Shown here in pieces: positions 58,542 to 64,000 of a stretch of 64,000 nt of DNA (its first letter is position 1; each line of letters starts with the position of its first letter). The notes beneath the pieces are model-generated. The model saw only the letters and a list, made by a program, of their open reading frames with translations. It did not search any database and was not told the origin of the DNA. This stretch comes from Candidatus Woesebacteria bacterium (GTDB taxonomy: Bacteria > Patescibacteriota > Microgenomatia > UBA12405), in NCBI GenBank assembly GCA_035450165.1, contig DAOTMI010000003.1, forward strand, positions 217-64,216, read 5' to 3'. Made by a program: the position numbers and the translations under genes.

Positions 58542-59623
58542 AAATATGAGTACTGTTGATTTGAAATTAACTGGGGATCAATAATAATCTCATCACCCGG
58601 ATTCAAACCGCTGAGAACCTCCATTTGGTCTCCGTGAATTTTCCCGACAGTCACCTTCTTTAACTCACAAACCCCCTTATTGTTAGTCCAGATATATCCA
58701 CCACCGATTACTGTCCAAGCTGGTACCAAAGCTACATTTTCCGAATTAGTCTTAATAATCGCTCGTCCCATTTCGTCCAATTTACCAAGTTTTCTTAGAT
58801 CATCACTCACAATATCCACCTGATAAAAAGTTTGGCCGTTATTCAAAACCACTTTTGAAGGATAAATTCTAGCTACTGTTCCTTCTAGTTTGTTTTGAAG
58901 GCCGTCTAAAATTAAAGTGGCCGGACTGCCGTCAGTAACATAGTAAATATTGGCTGCTGAAACATTAGCTCTAAAAACTATTGAATCGGGATCAGCAACT
59001 ACAAAGGTGGTAGCCGGAGTCACGTTAACCCCGGCCACACTTACATCTTCATGGGTAATAATGCCACTAATCGGCGAAATTAAAGTTGACAGCTGCAAGG
59101 CATAATTAGCCAATTCCACATTAATAACTGAATTGTCTAGAGTAATTTGGCTTTGATTCAAAATACGCCTTAAAGCATCGTCGACTGTCTTAGTAAAATC
59201 AGCATTAGTTTTGGTATAAGTTGGGGCTACTTGCGAACGCAGCACATTATCGGCAGCATTCTGCTGGGTTTGATCAAAGGCATCTCTAGTTAACTGGTAA
59301 TTATTAAGAGCCACTGTTAATTGCCTTTGGAGAATATAAGTATCTAACTGAGCAATTGTCTGACCGGCTCGGACTCTGTCTCCCTCTTTAAAAGGCAGGC
59401 GAATTAATTTCCCTCCGGCCTGAAAATTAAGTTTAGCCTGATTTTGGGCTACTACTGAGCCGTCAGCGGTTATTAACGAATCGACAAATTGAACTGAAGC
59501 AATCGTGGTGGCTCGACTTGTTAAATTATTTTTTTTACTCACCGTTTGTTTATTAATCAACCAACCACCGCCTCCCACCATCAAAACAATGATGATAATG
59601 ATCCAACCTTGAATTCTTTTCAT
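58538..59623 (-). CDS. Efflux transporter periplasmic adaptor (MFP) subunit
   Basis: LNFQAGGK....FKEGDRV.AGQ.IAQLD, helical hairpin, SPISGII, EVLSGLNPGD. Confidence 0.88.
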   Translation of the reverse strand: MKRIQGWIIIIIVLMVGGGGWLINKQTVSKKNNLTSRATTIASVQFVDSLITADGSVVAQNQAKLNFQAGGKLIRLPFKEGDRVRAGQTIAQLDTYILQRQLTVALNNYQLTRDAFDQTQQNAADNVLRSQVAPTYTKTNADFTKTVDDALRRILNQSQITLDNSVINVELANYALQLSTLISPISGIITHEDVSVAGVNVTPATTFVVADPDSIVFRANVSAANIYYVTDGSPATLILDGLQNKLEGTVARIYPSKVVLNNGQTFYQVDIVSDDLRKLGKLDEMGRAIIKTNSENVALVPAWTVIGGGYIWTNNKGVCELKKVTVGKIHGDQMEVLSGLNPGDEIIIDPQLISNQQYSYL

Positions 59624-60048
59624 TAATTTTTTAATTTCTCCTGTAGGGACTGTAAAATAGCTAAAAGATCTAATTGCTCTTTTTCTGATAAATCAGTCAG
59701 AACTCTCCTTAAATTATATTTACTGCGATTTTGAATTCGTTGCAATGTTTTTCTCCCTTTAGGCGTCAAGATTAATCTAACTTTTCGTCTATCGTTCTTA
59801 CCCTCACAACGAACAATCAATTTATCCTTTACCAATTTATTAATTAAACTGGTGGCTGACGGTAACTCTATAGTAAAATAATCGGCAATATCACCCATAG
59901 ATGCTTCTTGATGCTTATCAATATACCTTAAAGCATATAATTGCAGGGCACTCAAGCAAGTAGAATTATTGGTGAAAGATATTTTATTTTTCACCAGCCT
60001 GGCAATTTGGAATAAGGTCTCTATTAGCTCGAGGGCAATATCTTCCAT
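59623..60048 (-). CDS. MarR family transcriptional regulator
   Basis: wHTH IA......PSATSLINKLV...LIVR....DRR.V.L.LT.KG. Confidence 0.92.
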   Translation of the reverse strand: MEDIALELIETLFQIARLVKNKISFTNNSTCLSALQLYALRYIDKHQEASMGDIADYFTIELPSATSLINKLVKDKLIVRCEGKNDRRKVRLILTPKGRKTLQRIQNRSKYNLRRVLTDLSEKEQLDLLAILQSLQEKLKN

Positions 60049-60056
60049 TATATTTT

Positions 60057-60109
60057 AATTAAACTTTCTAACTATTAGGTAGTATAATCAATCCATTGTC
60101 ATAAGTCAA
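60057..60109. promoter_or_regulatory. Divergent marR/ABC promoter region with a candidate MarR operator
   Basis: Minus-strand TTGACT-N17-TATACT (60109-60081); plus-strand TATAAT at 60083-60088; imperfect inverted repeat TAATTAAA-CTT-TCTAACTA at 60057-60075. Confidence 0.5.
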
Positions 60110-60114
60110 TCTCT

Positions 60115-61851
60115 ATGATTAAACTTTTACGTTTTCTTAAACCGGCTGGTCTATCTCTGATCTTTGTTGTCATTTTAGCTATTGGCCAAGCTTCTGCTAA
60201 TCTCTACCTACCCAATTTAATGTCTGATATTGTGAATAAAGGTATTGCCGCCTTTAATACTAATTACATTTGGCGGACTGGCGGCATCATGGCGCTAGTG
60301 GCTATTGTCGGTACTATCTGTGCTATTGCCGGCATTTTTTTCTCTTCTCGGATAGCTAATGGTATGGGCCAACGGCTCCGAGCTGAAATCTTTACTAAAA
60401 TCCAACATTTCTCCCTTCATGAATTTGATCATCTCAGTACTGCTTCCTTAATCACCCGAACCACCAATGACACTACTCAAATTCAACAACTCGTAGTTAT
60501 GACACTTTCTGTTATTATCACTACTCCTATCACTTTAATTGTCGGCATCATTTTAGCTCTTGACCAAGATGTTGGTCTGTCTTGGATATTAGTAGCTATG
60601 GTACCGATTTTAGTGATTATTGTGACGGTTCTTCTCTCTAAAACTATTCCCTTATTCACCACCATGCAGACTAGGCTGGATAAATTAAATCTAATTCTTA
60701 ACGAAAACCTTACCGGAGTCCGGGTCATTCGAGCTTTCAATCGAATAAAACATGAAGAACACCGATTTAATTTGGCTAATTTAAATGTCGCTAACGTCGC
60801 TATCCGGGTCAATCAATTAATAACTACCATGATGCCGATTATCATGCTCTTAATCAATATGTCGACTGTTGCCATAATTTGGTTTGGCAGTCATCGGGTA
60901 GCTGGCGGCCATTTAGAAATTGGGGCTATGTTCGCCTTTCTCCAATATGCTGTTCAAATCCTTTTTTCCCTTTTAATGTTAGCTGTCCTTTTTATTATGA
61001 TCCCTCGAGCCGAGGCTTCAGCCAAACGAATCAATGAAATTCTGGAATTAAAACCCGATATTAAGGATCCTAAAAAAGAATTACCGGCTACCCATCTTAG
61101 GGGAGTAGTAGAGTTTAAAAATGTTACTTTTAGCTACCATGGGGCCGAACGACCAGCCTTAACCCATATTACTTTTACAGCTTCCCCCGGGCGGGTAACC
61201 GCCATTATTGGCGGTACTGGTTCTGGTAAATCAACCCTGGTTAACCTCATCCCTCGTTTCTACGATGTCCAAGAAGGCCAAATTTTAGTCGACGCTATTG
61301 ATGTTCGTCAAATGACCCAAGCTACTTTACGGGCTAAAATCGGCTTCGTTCCTCAAAAACCCATCCTTTTTTCCGGCACTGTTGCCGATAATATCCGCTA
61401 CGGCAAGAAAAATGCTACTTTAAGGGAAATTACTCATGCGGCCGAAATTGCTCAAGCTATCGAATTTATTAGCAAAATGGCGGATGGATTTAATGCCCAT
61501 GTTGCCCAGGGGGGAACTAATCTTTCGGGTGGCCAGATTCAACGTTTGTCAATTGCTCGAGCTTTGGTTCGTCAACCAGAAATTTATATCTTCGATGACG
61601 CTTTTTCTGCCTTAGATTTTAAAACAGATGCCAAATTACGTTCGGCCTTAAAACAAGAAACCCAAAACTCAACTACTATCATCGTGGCCCAGCGGGTCAG
61701 CACGGTCATGGATGCCGATCAAATCATTGTTCTTGATAATGGTCAAATTGTCGGTTTAGGCACTCACAAACAATTATTACAAACTTGCCGTGTTTATAAG
61801 GATATTGTGTCATCTCAATTATCGGCTGCTGAAATAAAGGAGTCTTTATGA
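60115..61851 (+). CDS. Heterodimeric ABC exporter subunit (TMD+NBD, degenerate site)
   Basis: 6 TMs; GGTGSGKST; LSGGQ; IFDDAFSALD; VAQR (H-switch replaced by Q). Confidence 0.93.
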   Translation: MIKLLRFLKPAGLSLIFVVILAIGQASANLYLPNLMSDIVNKGIAAFNTNYIWRTGGIMALVAIVGTICAIAGIFFSSRIANGMGQRLRAEIFTKIQHFSLHEFDHLSTASLITRTTNDTTQIQQLVVMTLSVIITTPITLIVGIILALDQDVGLSWILVAMVPILVIIVTVLLSKTIPLFTTMQTRLDKLNLILNENLTGVRVIRAFNRIKHEEHRFNLANLNVANVAIRVNQLITTMMPIIMLLINMSTVAIIWFGSHRVAGGHLEIGAMFAFLQYAVQILFSLLMLAVLFIMIPRAEASAKRINEILELKPDIKDPKKELPATHLRGVVEFKNVTFSYHGAERPALTHITFTASPGRVTAIIGGTGSGKSTLVNLIPRFYDVQEGQILVDAIDVRQMTQATLRAKIGFVPQKPILFSGTVADNIRYGKKNATLREITHAAEIAQAIEFISKMADGFNAHVAQGGTNLSGGQIQRLSIARALVRQPEIYIFDDAFSALDFKTDAKLRSALKQETQNSTTIIVAQRVSTVMDADQIIVLDNGQIVGLGTHKQLLQTCRVYKDIVSSQLSAAEIKESL

Positions 61852-63761
61852 GCGAAGCTACCAGTGATCATCGATTAAAACACAGAGGCCACGGTGGTTT
61901 TGGCGCCAGGTTTGGTAGATTTGAAAAGGCTAAGGATTTTAAAGGAACTCTTAAAAGATTGGCTGGTTATTTTAAACCAGAAGCAAAACGACTCATATTT
62001 GTTGCAATAGCGGCTATTTTAGGAACTGTTTTTAATATCCTTGGGCCTAAAATCCTAGGCAAAGCTGTCACTAAACTTTTTAATAATCTCATCAGCAGCT
62101 TTGCTATCCAAGCCCGCAATCAAATAATTAAACAACAATTGGCCCAAAATCCCTCCCTGTCCCTTCAACTCTTGCCCGTTCCCGGAATTGAATGGGGTTA
62201 TATCGGCCGAATCATGCTCACTCTTTTGGTCCTTTATTTATTTAGCGCCCTTTTTATTTTTATTCAACAATATTTGATGTCGGGTGTAGCTCAGCGGACA
62301 ATATATAAACTCCGCAACGAAGTTGATGAAAAACTCCACCGATTACCACTGAAATATTTTGACAGCCGAACTCATGGCGAAATTCTAAGCCGAGCTGTTA
62401 ATGATATGGACAATCTTGGCTCAACTCTTCAGCAGTCGGTCTCCCAAACAATTACTTCCACCACTACTCTTATCGGCGTTCTTATTATGATGTTATCTAT
62501 TAGTTGGCGTCTTACGTTAATTGTTTTAGCAACGGTACCCTTGACTCTGTTCATAGTCGGCGGTATTGCCAAACGCTCCCAAATTTACTTCCGAAACCAA
62601 CAAAAATCTCTGGGTGATCTTAATGGTCATGTTGAGGAAATGTATACTGGACATAAAATTATTAAAGCCTTCGGTCATGAAGAAACAGCTATTACTGAGT
62701 TTATTGAACTTAACAACCGTCTCTATCGATCCAGTTGGCGGGCTCAATTTGTTTCCGGCATTATTTTACCGTTAACTCGCTTTGTTGGTAATCTAGGCTA
62801 TATTTTGGTAGCGGTGGCCGGCGGAGTTATGGCTACTCAGGGAATGATTACCCTTGGCGATGTTCAAGCTTTTATTCAATATGCCTCCCAATTCACCCAG
62901 CCGATTGCTCAAATAGCAACTATTACCAATATTATTCAGTCAGCAATCGCTTCAGCTGAACGGGTTTTCGAACTTTTAGACGAAAAGGAACAAACACCTG
63001 AAGTAACCAATCCGGTGGTTATTAAAAATATTAAAGGAGCAGTCAAATTTGACCATATCTACTTTGGCTATAGTCACGACAATATCCTGATTAAGGATAT
63101 GAACATTGACGTTAAACCTGGACAAATGGTTGCTATCGTCGGGCCTACCGGTGCCGGCAAAACCACCCTAGTAAATCTATTAATGCGCTTTTATGAAGTC
63201 AACAGCGGCCGTATTTTAATTGACGGTGTTGACATCACCCAAATGCGTCGTTGTGATCTTCATCGCCTATTTGGAATGGTCCTCCAAGATACTTGGCTTT
63301 TTCATGGCCCAATTAGAGATAATATTGCCTACGGCCGGGAGGGAGCCACTGAGGCAGAAATTATCAAAGCAGCTGAAATGGCTTATGCTGATCATTTTAT
63401 CCGAACTTTACCTAAGGGTTACAACATGGTTATTAACGAAGAAGCAACCAATATCTCTCAAGGGCAAAAACAATTGTTAACCATTGCTCGTGCTTTTCTG
63501 GCTAATCCTAAGATTCTTATTTTAGATGAAGCGACGAGCAGTGTTGATACCCGGACGGAACAACTTATTCAGAATGCTATGGAGAAACTAATGAAAGGCC
63601 GGACTAGTTTTGTTATTGCCCATCGTTTATCCACCATCCGCAATGCTGATCTTATTTTGGTAATGAATCACGGAACAATTATCGAAAAAGGGACCCATCG
63701 GGAGCTTTTAGCCGCTAACGGTTTTTATGCCGATCTCTACAATAGCCAATTTAGTGATTAG
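61848..63761 (+). CDS. Heterodimeric ABC exporter subunit (TMD+NBD, consensus catalytic residues)
   Basis: GPTGAGKTT; ISQGQ; ILDEATSSVD; IAHRLST. Confidence 0.93.
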   Translation: MSEATSDHRLKHRGHGGFGARFGRFEKAKDFKGTLKRLAGYFKPEAKRLIFVAIAAILGTVFNILGPKILGKAVTKLFNNLISSFAIQARNQIIKQQLAQNPSLSLQLLPVPGIEWGYIGRIMLTLLVLYLFSALFIFIQQYLMSGVAQRTIYKLRNEVDEKLHRLPLKYFDSRTHGEILSRAVNDMDNLGSTLQQSVSQTITSTTTLIGVLIMMLSISWRLTLIVLATVPLTLFIVGGIAKRSQIYFRNQQKSLGDLNGHVEEMYTGHKIIKAFGHEETAITEFIELNNRLYRSSWRAQFVSGIILPLTRFVGNLGYILVAVAGGVMATQGMITLGDVQAFIQYASQFTQPIAQIATITNIIQSAIASAERVFELLDEKEQTPEVTNPVVIKNIKGAVKFDHIYFGYSHDNILIKDMNIDVKPGQMVAIVGPTGAGKTTLVNLLMRFYEVNSGRILIDGVDITQMRRCDLHRLFGMVLQDTWLFHGPIRDNIAYGREGATEAEIIKAAEMAYADHFIRTLPKGYNMVINEEATNISQGQKQLLTIARAFLANPKILILDEATSSVDTRTEQLIQNAMEKLMKGRTSFVIAHRLSTIRNADLILVMNHGTIIEKGTHRELLAANGFYADLYNSQFSD

Positions 63762-64000
63762 TTTCTGGTTGCCTAGCCACTATTTTAATCTGACTATTGG
63801 GAATGAAATAAAGAATACCGTGGCTATCTCTAATAACAGTTTTCCTCAGAGTTATTTCCTCAACTACACCTTCATGATCAATAATCTTAATTCTATCACC
63901 CACATAATATTGACCCTCAAAAAGAATAAAAATACCGGCGATAAAATCGGCAATAATATCTTTAGCCGCCATGCTGACTGCCAAACCGGCAATACCCAAA
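63751..64000 (-). CDS. Small-conductance mechanosensitive channel (MscS family), 5' part outside the window
   Basis: AAKDIIADFIAGIFIL...YVGDRIKI...G.VEEITLRKT......YFIPNS. Confidence 0.85.
   Translation of the reverse strand, partial: LGIAGLAVSMAAKDIIADFIAGIFILFEGQYYVGDRIKIIDHEGVVEEITLRKTVIRDSHGILYFIPNSQIKIVARQPETNH

Noticed and set aside
1-64000. CRISPR array, prophage, IS transposase or DGR
   Set aside because: I saw no 25-45-bp spaced repeats and no cas, phage structural, transposase or reverse-transcriptase genes. The heptamer arrays have no spacers.
1-64000. UGA-to-Gly recoding (code 25)
   Set aside because: Conserved genes are full length under code 11, and TGA terminates several of them (e.g. 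eno, rpiB, the tsaC-tsaE fusion).

Overview
This is a compact, AT-rich chromosomal segment of a Patescibacteria/CPR bacterium, most likely Microgenomates. That assignment is an inference from a stand-alone 16S gene with 515F/806R mismatches, Cys-rich CPR-type pilins, archaeal-type TPI and ValRS, and a C1-G72 tRNA-Tyr. The standard code (table 11) applies. Housekeeping content: rpoD (partial), dnaG, trpS, valS, rplY, a tsaC-tsaE fusion plus tsaD, RNase HI, recF, xth, groES/EL with CIRCE, glycolysis/pentose-phosphate genes (tpi, gap, pgk, gpmI, eno, rpiB, rpe, split transketolase), isoprenoid and cell-envelope genes, and a MarR/MFP/ABC efflux cassette. RNA genes: five tRNAs, tmRNA next to smpB, and one unlinked 16S rRNA. 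No CRISPR, prophage or transposase was seen. Main signals: (1) AATTnnn heptamer arrays lie in frame inside pgk, eno and a nucleotidyltransferase, inside 16S helix 6, and in spacers. (2) Several translation RNAs are non-canonical: tmRNA with A3-U70/G73, tRNA-Ile(UAU), an archaeal-type tRNA-Tyr and an unconventional initiator-like tRNA. (3) Many gene starts look leaderless, some with overlapping divergent -10 boxes. (4) One pilin appears mosaic and carries six-Cys modules. All calls come from reading the sequence by eye; no database search was run.
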